Assembly (NCBI GenBank): GCA_037129835.1
Contig: JBAXUE010000006.1
Location: forward strand, 6,157 to 70,156
Direction of reading: 5' to 3'
Length of the DNA: 64,000 nt
From: a bacterium
Lineage (GTDB): Bacteria; Patescibacteriota; CPR2; UBA1875; CAIMLA01
In this document: piece after piece, positions 12,671-21,621 of the stretch
Position numbering within the stretch: the stretch's first letter is position 1
Layout of the letters: each line of letters opens with the position of its first letter
Notes under the pieces: model-generated
The model's input: only the letters and a program-made list of their open reading frames with translations
The model's database searches: none
Told to the model about the DNA's origin: nothing
Translations under genes and position numbers: made by a program

Positions 12671-13762
12671 TTAATAGGTCACTGACTGCCCTGTAGGGAC
12701 GATTTCAAACCAAGTTTGACCCTTATTAAATACTATTTCTTTATTTTCTGTATCAAAAAATTTAGTTCTCGACGTTCTTGAATCTTTGGTCCAGGTGGCG
12801 TTAATGCTTTTTCCGTCTTGAAAGACATAACCAAGCCCATTGCCAGTAGTTTGAATCTGAACACCTTGTTCTCCGACGTAATTAATATATGGAACTATCG
12901 AGGTAAACTGGACTACAACATTTTTTGGTTTTATTTGGATACCAGTATTCATATCTTTGCTTGCTTCTCCAGCAACTGACCGCAAGTAGCTATTATCTGC
13001 TGGATCATAAGCATAAGAGACTGCGTAATCAGCACTAGAAAAATTAATATTAATATTTTGGCTTGCTGTGCGATTTTTTAAAGAAGTATCATCTTTAAAA
13101 GTCATTGAAGCTGGCGGCTTGGCAAGATTATATTCAGCCGACTTCGCAGCAGAATAAAGCTTCTCGCTCGAAGTATAAACGTTGTGGGGTGCATACCGAT
13201 CGGTCGATCTTCTGTAATAGTTTCCATACGCAAACTGGTTAAGATCTGGGAAGTTTAATTGAGTAATCATATCTAAAGCATCCGCGTTACCGCCTACATG
13301 GGCAAATATCCCGCCCACCTCGCTAAGCCAGTCTACAAAATACGTTCTGGCAGATCGTACCGGACCAATTTCTTTTGAGTCTTTTGATTGATATATTGCC
13401 AAAGTTCTTGTGATACCACCTTCTGCCAAGGTTTCATAAACAAGATCAGCCTCGTTATATCCACTCTGCGGTCTTGCATCTGGGTGATTCTCGATAATTA
13501 CACCCAATGCAGTTCTGCCGGCAAGAGATTTATCAACAGGTAATCCTGTTAACGGTGCAGCGATACCGGTAACCTTTACTTCTTTCACTGTTTTATTCTT
13601 TGTAGCCTTGGTAGTGGTCGGTTTGGCTGTAACATTTTGTGTCTGAAGATATATAACAAACCCAAGGAAAATAACAAGAGCTCCAATAATTATTCCTCCG
13701 CTTATTTTATAACGGCTGACAAAAGCCTTAAATTTTCTTTGGTTGAATCTAATTTTTAACAT
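12671..13762 (-). CDS. DUF3048-family (YerB-like) secreted/lipoprotein
   Basis: N-terminal TM segment, then GVIIENHPDARPQSGYNEADLVYETLAEGGITRTLAIYQS, which fits DUF3048. It directly follows the NRAMP stop, so it is probably in the same operon. Confidence 0.55.
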   Translation of the reverse strand: MLKIRFNQRKFKAFVSRYKISGGIIIGALVIFLGFVIYLQTQNVTAKPTTTKATKNKTVKEVKVTGIAAPLTGLPVDKSLAGRTALGVIIENHPDARPQSGYNEADLVYETLAEGGITRTLAIYQSKDSKEIGPVRSARTYFVDWLSEVGGIFAHVGGNADALDMITQLNFPDLNQFAYGNYYRRSTDRYAPHNVYTSSEKLYSAAKSAEYNLAKPPASMTFKDDTSLKNRTASQNININFSSADYAVSYAYDPADNSYLRSVAGEASKDMNTGIQIKPKNVVVQFTSIVPYINYVGEQGVQIQTTGNGLGYVFQDGKSINATWTKDSRTSRTKFFDTENKEIVFNKGQTWFEIVPTGQSVTY

Positions 13763-13800
13763 TAATATAAATTATAATATATCTGTCAGTTGTAAACAAT

Positions 13801-13830
13801 AAAAAAGAGGCCAAGTGGCCTCATTTTTTA
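13801..13830 (-). terminator. Rho-independent terminator downstream of rplY (bidirectional hairpin)
   Basis: aaaaaaGAGGCCaagtGGCCTCatttttt is a GC stem flanked by an A-run and a T-run, immediately 3' of the rplY stop. Confidence 0.6.
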
Positions 13831-14505
13831 TTCTGTGATTTCTTTTTCCGCTACTTCTTCCTCGGTGCCGTGTTCACTCTCTGGAGCTTCTGCCTGCTCT
13901 ACTGGCGCCTCAAGCTCTTCCATTTCTTCTTCACTTCTTGGGGCTTCTACGTGAGCGATAACTGTCTCTGGATCTGTTACTACTGCTACTCCTGCAGGTA
14001 TCACTAAATCGCTAACATGTATTACAGAGTCAAAATCAACTAAGGCCACAATATCTACCTCAATTTCATGTGGTAGATCGCCTGGCAAACACTCTATTTC
14101 TATTTCGTCTGCGGTTGTTAGTAGAGAACCTCCAAGCGTAAGAACAGCTTCTGAATCTCCAAAAATCTTAAGCGGTACAGTGGTAGTGATTTTTTCATTC
14201 ATATTTATCCTTAGCAGGTCAGCATGGATAATCTTCCCCGTAACTGGATCTTTGCTAGTATTATAAATCAGGATATTTTTCTTTTCTGTACTGCCATCTT
14301 CTTTTACTAGCTCAATACTAACAACTGTGTTACCACCTGATTTACGATAAAGGAGCTCAAAATCGTGTGCATCAACTGCTAATGCGAGGGGCTCTTTGCC
14401 TTTTCCATACATAACAACAGGAAGTAATCCCTCTCTTCGAAGAGTTTTGACCTGTTTTCCTTTTATTGTTCTTTCTTTTGCAAGTAATTTAACCTTATCA
14501 ACCAC
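13828..14505 (-). CDS. rplY: 50S ribosomal protein L25 / general stress protein Ctc
   Basis: MVDKVKLLAKERTIKGKQVKTLRREGLLPVVMYGKG… is the L25 N-terminal beta-barrel. An acidic C-terminal tail is typical of Ctc-form L25. Confidence 0.88.
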   Translation of the reverse strand: MVDKVKLLAKERTIKGKQVKTLRREGLLPVVMYGKGKEPLALAVDAHDFELLYRKSGGNTVVSIELVKEDGSTEKKNILIYNTSKDPVTGKIIHADLLRINMNEKITTTVPLKIFGDSEAVLTLGGSLLTTADEIEIECLPGDLPHEIEVDIVALVDFDSVIHVSDLVIPAGVAVVTDPETVIAHVEAPRSEEEMEELEAPVEQAEAPESEHGTEEEVAEKEITE

Positions 14506-14557
14506 AACGACTCCTTATCTTTAGCAAAGGTTATTTTAGCAAAAAAAGTGCCTTAGG

Positions 14558-14860
14558 TCAATTCTTATGGAATACTTTTCTAAAATTTCCATTGAATTTC
14601 ACTACTTCATTGTGAAAATCGATAACGTCATCATACCCAATAGGATTTTCTGTAATACCGCTCGGGAGGAATATATCTTTATTGCCAACGACATTGACCA
14701 TAACTGTTAATTTACATTTATGACAATTAACAGAAACGAGGTAGCCTTGATCGCTCTTTATTACCGAGTTAATCTCGTTTCCAGTATATTTAATGCCGCA
14801 GGAAGGACAATACAGGTTCTGCGAGATATTTTTAAAAAGATTATTAAAATTGTTTCCCAT
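14558..14860 (-). CDS. Small zinc-ribbon protein (hypothetical)
   Basis: 100 aa with CPSCG…CHKC cysteine pairs. Upstream of the GT2 gene on the same strand. Confidence 0.45.
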   Translation of the reverse strand: MGNNFNNLFKNISQNLYCPSCGIKYTGNEINSVIKSDQGYLVSVNCHKCKLTVMVNVVGNKDIFLPSGITENPIGYDDVIDFHNEVVKFNGNFRKVFHKN

Positions 14861-14896
14861 GTATATATTTTAACACGGTCGGGTTAATATAAAAAT

Positions 14897-16537
14897 TTAT
14901 TTGAATTTTTTCTTACCTTTTGGCGTAACCCAAAATACATTCAGGCTTTGACCGAACATTAGCCTCGTTTGTGAATCAAGTGCTGGAAGTGAAGAAAAGA
15001 AAATAGAAACAAATGGAGCTATTACCCACTGGAAGATCATAGAAAAATAACGTATAAAACGAGTTTTCTTGTACCTCTCGGGCATCGGAGGAAGGAGAAG
15101 GAAATATATCCAGACATTTGCAAAAACCGCGACCCAAGCGAGATTTAACATTACCGAACTATAAGAAGGAACATTCTGAGCGAGGACGTTGTCTTGAAAC
15201 TGGCTATTAAACAACAGCGGGATCCACGCAAATGCAAGTAAAAAAGAAGACGTTGACCACGATACGCTACCCGCTAAATGTCGATATGTTTGTAAGAATT
15301 TTTGTCCAAAACTGATTTCGGGGTGTTTGGTAAATTTTTTTACTATATAAGGAAAATCAGAAATCCCCCAAGCCCATCTTCTGCGTTGTTTATATTGATT
15401 TACTAAAGTCTCCCAAAAAGAATCAGCGACAACCGTATCGTGGTAAACAGGAATCAAAACAGGCACCATTTCATGATCGCCGTTGTAAGCGAAATATGTT
15501 CGCCAATACTGGTGACCATCTTCTACTATCGTCTTTGAAGACCAAAAATCGGTGACCAAAAGTGTTTGTAAGCTCTGCGTGTGAGAGGCAAATGTTCTCA
15601 TTCGATATGGCCGCATTGATTCTATAATTTGCCAGAAACTAGAGGCGACTGCCAAAACCCTACTAGGAGAGGGCGCATCCCAAATATTATTAAAGAGCAA
15701 AGGTATCGGCTGATACGTTTTGTGGTCGCGATTCGGATCAACGATATATTTATACGTTATTCTGCTGAAATACTCTTTATGAACTACGTGATCTGCGTCT
15801 AGGGTCGTAACCAGCACATTATCTGGCTCAATCTCTGGATGCTCCTTTTGTAAATAATCCCAAAATTTATGACCAGCAGAATAAAGATTTGGACCCTTGC
15901 CGATAACATCTCCTGGCATATCTTCATGAACATAGAATTTTAAATCTAAAAAGGTGCTATTATATCTTTTCTCGATTTCTGCCTTTACCTTAAGGAAGCC
16001 CACTTCGTCTCTTTTTTCGCCGCAAGACACCACGATTAACTTCTTGCGAGGATAATTACAATCAAAAAGTGCTTTGTAAGCTGCCTCTGTGACTTCAAAA
16101 TCCTCAAAACAATTAGTTACGAATACGGCGTGATAGATATCATCCCACTTTTTTATTACCGTCCAGTTGTGAGATAAATTACTGACTTCTTGAAAATCAC
16201 GCAAATCAAGTGAATTTTTCGTTTCGAGATATCTACTTTCTAATTTTTTTAAATACGCGTCTGGGTAATTCGAAATTTCCTGGCAACTTTCAAGCCAATT
16301 AATCTTCATATTACGCCACATCTGTCTAAAACCACTAATCATGTGACGCATTATGTTGGCGGCTTTCATAAACCAGAGGAAGTTAAACGAAAGTATAAAA
16401 TATGCGACTGCTACTGGAAAATATGGTGCCGCGATAAAAGGAATCAATAGTATAGACCAAGCCAAAAAACCTGGGATGATCTCTAAAAAACGGGTAAACG
16501 CATCTTTCTTTTCAATATTATTTGTTTTTCTTATCAT
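14897..16537 (-). CDS. Processive family-2 glycosyltransferase (cellulose/chitin-synthase-like), membrane-integrated
   Basis: N- and C-terminal TM helices, the LDADH (DxD-like) motif, and the QRRRW motif (YKQRRRWAWG) that marks processive GT2 synthases. Confidence 0.7.
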   Translation of the reverse strand: MIRKTNNIEKKDAFTRFLEIIPGFLAWSILLIPFIAAPYFPVAVAYFILSFNFLWFMKAANIMRHMISGFRQMWRNMKINWLESCQEISNYPDAYLKKLESRYLETKNSLDLRDFQEVSNLSHNWTVIKKWDDIYHAVFVTNCFEDFEVTEAAYKALFDCNYPRKKLIVVSCGEKRDEVGFLKVKAEIEKRYNSTFLDLKFYVHEDMPGDVIGKGPNLYSAGHKFWDYLQKEHPEIEPDNVLVTTLDADHVVHKEYFSRITYKYIVDPNRDHKTYQPIPLLFNNIWDAPSPSRVLAVASSFWQIIESMRPYRMRTFASHTQSLQTLLVTDFWSSKTIVEDGHQYWRTYFAYNGDHEMVPVLIPVYHDTVVADSFWETLVNQYKQRRRWAWGISDFPYIVKKFTKHPEISFGQKFLQTYRHLAGSVSWSTSSFLLAFAWIPLLFNSQFQDNVLAQNVPSYSSVMLNLAWVAVFANVWIYFLLLPPMPERYKKTRFIRYFSMIFQWVIAPFVSIFFSSLPALDSQTRLMFGQSLNVFWVTPKGKKKFK

Positions 16538-16929
16538 ATTAATGCTGTGAGATTATAGACAAATAGAATCATAACGATTGTTAAAATGACATTACTTATC
16601 CCAAGCAAATAGCTTAATAATCGTTCCTTATCAAAAAGCGACCAAGCTATTAAGAGATTGAGCAAGCCGACTAAGACAATGGCTAGCAAATAATAATACA
16701 AGTAATACCAAGGTCCGAAAAAAGTAACATTCGAAACTACATTGTATAATAGAGGAGTTTCAACTACTCCAAGCTGTACCCTGAAAACAATCATAAATAT
16801 TAAGGCAATAACTAAAATCGTAAAAATACTGATCAAGGTCAACATAATTGGATCATGATAAAAACCAAGACCAAACTTCTCCGTCAGCTTATCAAAATAT
16901 TTATTTAATATATTGTTAATTTTTTTCAT
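16534..16929 (-). CDS. Small multi-TM membrane protein (hypothetical), translationally coupled to the GT2 gene
   Basis: 131 aa with 3-4 hydrophobic helices and a 4-nt overlap with the downstream GT2 start. Confidence 0.45.
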   Translation of the reverse strand: MKKINNILNKYFDKLTEKFGLGFYHDPIMLTLISIFTILVIALIFMIVFRVQLGVVETPLLYNVVSNVTFFGPWYYLYYYLLAIVLVGLLNLLIAWSLFDKERLLSYLLGISNVILTIVMILFVYNLTALI

Positions 16930-16994
16930 ATATATATTATATTACATTTTTATAATAAATAATCTACAATCAACGGCAATGTGCCTTATGCAAA

Positions 16995-17294
16995 CTATTC
17001 AGACTTGGTGTCTTTGGATTTATTATGCTCGTTTATTTCTAGAGTATGGATACGGTCTATTTTAAGTGCTATGGTGCCTAAGCCAAGAAAACCAAGCATT
17101 GTATTTATGACCTGCATCCCAACCTCATCAATAAAATGTGTTAAGTAAAATCCATTAACCAAAATTGCCGCGATAACCAACAAATATGTTTTGTGCCCAG
17201 GCAAGACATCTATTTTATTTTTTATTTCTTGTATTGTCATTTGTTGTTCCTTTTTTAATATATTATTTGGAGCCGATGAGTGGAATTGAACCAC
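16995..17294 (-). CDS. Small membrane protein (hypothetical); start likely at the internal Met (MTIQEIKN…)
   Basis: The ORF as drawn overlaps the tRNA-Thr 3' end by 14 nt. The internal Met gives an ~80-aa product with two TM helices. Confidence 0.35.
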   Translation of the reverse strand: MVQFHSSAPNNILKKEQQMTIQEIKNKIDVLPGHKTYLLVIAAILVNGFYLTHFIDEVGMQVINTMLGFLGLGTIALKIDRIHTLEINEHNKSKDTKSE

Positions 17295-17355
17295 CGACCA
17301 ACACTTTACGAAAGTGCTGCTCTACCACTGAGCTACATCGGCACTTCAGCGCAAG
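17281..17355 (-). tRNA. tRNA-Thr (anticodon CGT)
   Basis: Reverse complement GCCGATG-TA-GCTC-AGTGGTA-GAGC-A-GCACT-TTCGTAA-AGTGT-TGGTC-GGTGG-TTCAATT-CCACT-CATCGGC-T-CCA. It folds as a cloverleaf with a GGTTCAATTCC T-arm, and CCA is encoded. Confidence 0.85.
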
Positions 17356-17553
17356 CTGACGTGCTACAAAGATCGCCTTAAACGACTTTTGTGCACTTTC
17401 GCTGCGCTTCCTCTTCCGACAAAAACCTTAAGTTTTTGTCTACATCTCCCGTTGGCCAAAGAAAACTACGGGTTTTATTTGGAAATGAGAAACCGAGAAA
17501 GAATGGAGACATCGACTTCAGTCGACTGTCGAAATCCGCCAGCGGATTTCGAC

Positions 17554-17627
17554 GTGGAGCGGGTAACGGGAATCGAACCCGTATCTCAACCTTGGGAAGG
17601 TCGCATTCTACCACTTAACTATACCCG
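17554..17627 (-). tRNA. tRNA-Gly (anticodon CCC)
   Basis: Reverse complement GCGGGTA-TA-GTTAAGTGGTAGAAT-G-CGACC-TTCCCAA-GGTTG-AGAT-ACGGG-TTCGATT-CCCGT-TACCCGC-T-CCA. Cloverleaf fold with a GGTTCGATTCC T-arm. Confidence 0.85.
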
Positions 17628-17677
17628 CCTGAGATTTTTTACCGCCTCATCTTAGCACAATGAGTCACTACTCTCAA

Positions 17678-18844
17678 TCAGAATTGTCGGTACTCTAATA
17701 CTAAGGTGTTATATTCTTTCACGGTACTGTTATATATATCAATATCTGTTTTTGCAGTATTATATGCTGTCGTATAGATATTATACATTTGAGAATAAGT
17801 AGCGAATGATTGTGCTGTAGGATTTTTTGTATAATCATTTTCTGCAGAGTTAAGATCAGTTTCTGCGCCGACTAATTTTTCTTTAGATTCAAGATATTTA
17901 GTTTTTAACGAGTCTAGCTTGGGAGCATATCCTTCAAGCTGTTTCCTTAAGGTTATTCTTGTTATTATTCTTTGATATTCATTCCCTGCCGAAGAAATAG
18001 GTACGACTAGGCTAGGAGATGTTAGCGCCACCTTTACTGCCTCGGTAGCTGGTTGGTTTTCTGTTGCTATCGCAACAGAATCAAAATTATTAATCGCTAG
18101 ACCCTCGCTGGGGTTTAAATCTGGGACATCCCCGACTAGGAAATTAGTTCCAGTCAATTCTAAAATAGCATATTTAGTTCCAAAATCGCCATAGCCATCT
18201 GGGACACCTACCCCGACCGACATATGACGCTGTGAGTCAAACTCCAATAAAGATGTTTTATAGCCAAGTTGTTTAAAAAGCAATGAACCTAAATATGACT
18301 TATCTGTACAAATTCCTATCCCATCATAAAGAGTTTCATAAGGAAGTCTTGGCACCAACTGATTTACTGGATACCGAGTACTAGTATCTAGAACTTTTGT
18401 AGCCTTCGCTGTATCATATGGCATGCTTTGTAAAAAACATGCAGCTAGGTCTAGTGTCTGATCTTCACTTAAATTATTTGTCTTACCAACTGTCTTAATC
18501 TTCATTGCCATATCAGCAATAGTCGGATCGTTCTTATAGGCGTAGACGAACTTTTCATTTTTATTGTTGTAATAGGCGTACAATTTTTGAGGATCGGCTT
18601 TATAGTAATTATACAAACTAGAATATACTGTTTCTGTTATCGAAAGTTTTTTGCCGTGGTAGTCACAATTCAGTGTTATTGCTTTAGGGCCTGTTAATTT
18701 AGGATAAGGGCGAATAACGGCAATTATTGCGTTTGAAGCCGGATTGCTTTCTACCCTACCATCCAAGGTTAAATATACAAAACACCCTGTCGCCACAAAA
18801 AACAATAATACGAATGAAGTAATTGTAATTAGTTTCTTTTTCAC
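17678..18844 (-). CDS. Secreted/lipoprotein with a transglutaminase-like (Cys-His-Asp) core and a C-terminal coiled-coil
   Basis: N-terminal signal or TM segment with a lipobox-like VATGC. GICTDKSYLGSLLFKQLGYKTSLLEF…HMSVGV matches the TGase-like Cys…His spacing. Confidence 0.45.
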   Translation of the reverse strand: MKKKLITITSFVLLFFVATGCFVYLTLDGRVESNPASNAIIAVIRPYPKLTGPKAITLNCDYHGKKLSITETVYSSLYNYYKADPQKLYAYYNNKNEKFVYAYKNDPTIADMAMKIKTVGKTNNLSEDQTLDLAACFLQSMPYDTAKATKVLDTSTRYPVNQLVPRLPYETLYDGIGICTDKSYLGSLLFKQLGYKTSLLEFDSQRHMSVGVGVPDGYGDFGTKYAILELTGTNFLVGDVPDLNPSEGLAINNFDSVAIATENQPATEAVKVALTSPSLVVPISSAGNEYQRIITRITLRKQLEGYAPKLDSLKTKYLESKEKLVGAETDLNSAENDYTKNPTAQSFATYSQMYNIYTTAYNTAKTDIDIYNSTVKEYNTLVLEYRQF

Positions 18845-19012
18845 CTATAGATTATATCAGATTAATCTCTCAGGATGTAGTTTATATCATAATAAATGTC
18901 TCTGATTCAATAGTTGTAGATATTTTGGATAAGTCTATATTTATGATAGTATATCAAGTGTTTTTACTTTCCATACACCGCATATCGAGCAAACAAAATA
19001 AGATAGGCATTA

Positions 19013-20896
19013 ATGAATAATATATTTATTTATTTAAATAAAAGTTTGAAGAAATATTACCCTTTTATTTTATTTTTAATTATTATTTTTACGAAAATAT
19101 TAATCTTTAGCAAATTCAACTGGATTTGGCCAACAAACGATATTCTACTCACATTTATAATATACAACTTGCTTGCCACCGCCATACTATTATCACCGGC
19201 TCTTTTCCTTTATAAACAACAAATTAAATATTTATTTTTTATTGATATTTTTGTTTCTTTTGTTTTAATTATTGACTCAGTCTACCTTAGTTACTTTAGT
19301 ACTTTACCAGTTGTAAGCTTGATGGGCTCAACGGGTCAACTAACTGATCTTATCCCTTCTTTAGTAAAGCTCCTCAGCCCAATTGAAATATTTTATGTTG
19401 CTGATTTTATTATCATCATTGGTCTAAAACTTTTCTTTAAAAAACGGTTTGTATTAGACGCGGTATTACTAGGTAAGGATAAAATTGGTTACAAAAAAGC
19501 CCTCCTTTTTATTGTAATTATCTTGTTGTCACTAACGGCGTTATTGGCATACGACTCAAAAGATAAGCTACCACGCTTATATAATCTAATTGGCGAAAAT
19601 AAGCTAATAGCAAAAAACCTTGGAGTTTTCGGGGCACATATCGTAGATATCAGTAGAAATTTTGTTGATATCTTTAATACACTGAGCCCTGAGCAAAAAA
19701 CTGAAGCTCTAAATAAACTCAGCACTTATACCGTAAAGCCGATTCCCAATAACTTCACTGGTGTAGCGAAGGGCAAAAAAGTTATTATGATACAAGTCGA
19801 AGCACTAAATAACTTTTTTGTAGGGGCAAAAGCAAACGGACAGGAGATAACTCCAAATCTAAATAAATTAGCAGCGAATTCTAAATATTTTACCGAACAC
19901 ATCTTTACACTTGGGGCCGGAAGTACTTCAGACGCCGATTTTAGCACAAACACATCAATCTATCCCTTACTTGACTCATCAACCTTTGTTAAATACGGTA
20001 ATGACGACTTTACCAGCCTTGAAAAAGAATTAAAAAAAGTTGGCTACCTGACTAATGCTTATCACGCCAACAGTAGAGGGTATTGGAATCGAACCACCGC
20101 ATTTAAATCTCTGGGTTTTGACAATTTTTATGCTCAAGAAAACTATAAAAAAGGAGAAAATATAAGTATGGGCCTCGAAGATAAAAGTTTTTTTGAACAA
20201 AGCCTTAACTATATTACAAAAGAACCAGCAAAATCTTTTGATTACCTCATAACGCTGTCCAGTCATTATGCCTTTGAAATGCCGGTAAAATATCAAAAAT
20301 TAAATTTAGAAAGCGACCAATTTACCACACTTGATGCAAATTTTCTCCAAAGCATTAACTATGCCGATAGCTCTCTCGGTGCATTTATCGACGGCTTAAA
20401 AAGAGATAAAATATACGACGATTCACTAATAGTTGTTTATGGTGATCACACCGCTAAATACGACCCAATGACTCTCGATGGAGTGAAGATAGACCCAGAA
20501 ACCGAGATTGGGAAACGGGTTCCTCTGATAATAAAACTACCGAATCAAGTCAATGGAGAAATTATCTCAAAACCAAGTTCTCATCTAGACATAATGCCCA
20601 CAATTCTCAATCTCGTTGGGGTGAGTGCTACCTCACCGATGTTTGGCAGAGATCTATTTGGTGAGAACAAACCCCAATATTATACATCTTCATTTGTAAG
20701 CAACTTCGAAAGTATTGTTATGGACGGCTATAAATATCTGTCGAATGGCGTCTCGAGTACTTGCAATAATATAAGTGACAATACTTCAGTTGATGTAGCC
20801 AAATGCGACGGAATTTCTAAAAAAAGAGATGACATTCAAAATACGGTTAACAATCTAATCAAGCACAATCTTTTCAATGATTACCTAAAACAATAA
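19013..20896 (+). CDS. LTA synthase family protein (LtaS-like sulfatase/alkaline-phosphatase superfamily phosphoglycerol transferase)
   Basis: Five N-terminal TM helices, then an extracellular sulfatase-type domain with MIQVEALNNFF, GSTSDADFSTNTS and YGDHTAKYD. Confidence 0.75.
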   Translation: MNNIFIYLNKSLKKYYPFILFLIIIFTKILIFSKFNWIWPTNDILLTFIIYNLLATAILLSPALFLYKQQIKYLFFIDIFVSFVLIIDSVYLSYFSTLPVVSLMGSTGQLTDLIPSLVKLLSPIEIFYVADFIIIIGLKLFFKKRFVLDAVLLGKDKIGYKKALLFIVIILLSLTALLAYDSKDKLPRLYNLIGENKLIAKNLGVFGAHIVDISRNFVDIFNTLSPEQKTEALNKLSTYTVKPIPNNFTGVAKGKKVIMIQVEALNNFFVGAKANGQEITPNLNKLAANSKYFTEHIFTLGAGSTSDADFSTNTSIYPLLDSSTFVKYGNDDFTSLEKELKKVGYLTNAYHANSRGYWNRTTAFKSLGFDNFYAQENYKKGENISMGLEDKSFFEQSLNYITKEPAKSFDYLITLSSHYAFEMPVKYQKLNLESDQFTTLDANFLQSINYADSSLGAFIDGLKRDKIYDDSLIVVYGDHTAKYDPMTLDGVKIDPETEIGKRVPLIIKLPNQVNGEIISKPSSHLDIMPTILNLVGVSATSPMFGRDLFGENKPQYYTSSFVSNFESIVMDGYKYLSNGVSSTCNNISDNTSVDVAKCDGISKKRDDIQNTVNNLIKHNLFNDYLKQ

Positions 20897-20898
20897 TA

Positions 20899-20922
20899 GA
20901 CTAGCATTAATGCTAGTCTATT
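20899..20922. terminator. Perfect palindrome between convergent genes (bidirectional terminator candidate)
   Basis: TAGACTAGCATTAATGCTAGTCTA has an 11-bp stem and is followed by a T/A-rich run. Confidence 0.5.
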
Positions 20923-20943
20923 ATTATATAGATAATCTTTAAA

Positions 20944-21612
20944 TTACTTAATGATTTTCCCATCATCAAGCTTGAAAGTAATATCGGTCTTTCCCGCTAT
21001 TGATAAATCATGAGTCACGGCAATAATAGTAGTGTTCTCTTTCTTGGCTAGTTGATGCAAAAGATCAAATATCATCTTGCCAGTCTGACTATCTAGATTA
21101 CCCGTAGGCTCATCGGCCAGAATCAGAGTTGGTTTATTGGCAAGGGCTCTTGCAATAGCGACTCGTTGTTGCTCACCGCCAGATAGCCTGCCTGGTTTCC
21201 TATGTTGCTTCGCTCCGTCTAAACCAACTTCTGTGAGTAGCTTCTCGGCTCGTTCTTGTTGTTCTTTTTTGCCCTTACCGATAAACTCCATCGGTAACAT
21301 TACATTTTCTAAGGCAGATAGGTTTGGTACTAGATTATACCCCTGGAATACAAAACCGATTTTTTCTCCTCGATATTTATCTAGCTTACGATCATGAAGC
21401 TTGGTAATATCCTCTTTGCCAACTTCTATTGAACCACTAGTTGGCTTATCGAGAGCGCCTAGAAGGCTCAGAAGTGTACTTTTCCCGCTACCACTCTTCC
21501 CGATGATTGAGGCAAATTTGCCGTCTGGAACTTCGAAGGTAACATCGGCAACTGCATTTACTATCGTATCGCCGGATTTGAATGACTTTGTTATATTTTT
21601 TACTTTTAACAT
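20944..21612 (-). CDS. ABC transporter ATP-binding protein (MacB/LolD/FtsE-like)
   Basis: Walker [10 protein letters not shown], signature [15 protein letters not shown], Walker [12 protein letters not shown], and an H-loop. Confidence 0.92.
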   Translation of the reverse strand: MLKVKNITKSFKSGDTIVNAVADVTFEVPDGKFASIIGKSGSGKSTLLSLLGALDKPTSGSIEVGKEDITKLHDRKLDKYRGEKIGFVFQGYNLVPNLSALENVMLPMEFIGKGKKEQQERAEKLLTEVGLDGAKQHRKPGRLSGGEQQRVAIARALANKPTLILADEPTGNLDSQTGKMIFDLLHQLAKKENTTIIAVTHDLSIAGKTDITFKLDDGKIIK

Positions 21613-21621
21613 ATTATCTCC

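Noticed and set aside
17378-17655. Three overlapping ORFs (17378..17614 -, 17389..17655 +, 17391..17618 +)
   Set aside because: They overlap two well-formed tRNA genes and the hairpin-rich spacer. They are GC-driven open frames, not genes.
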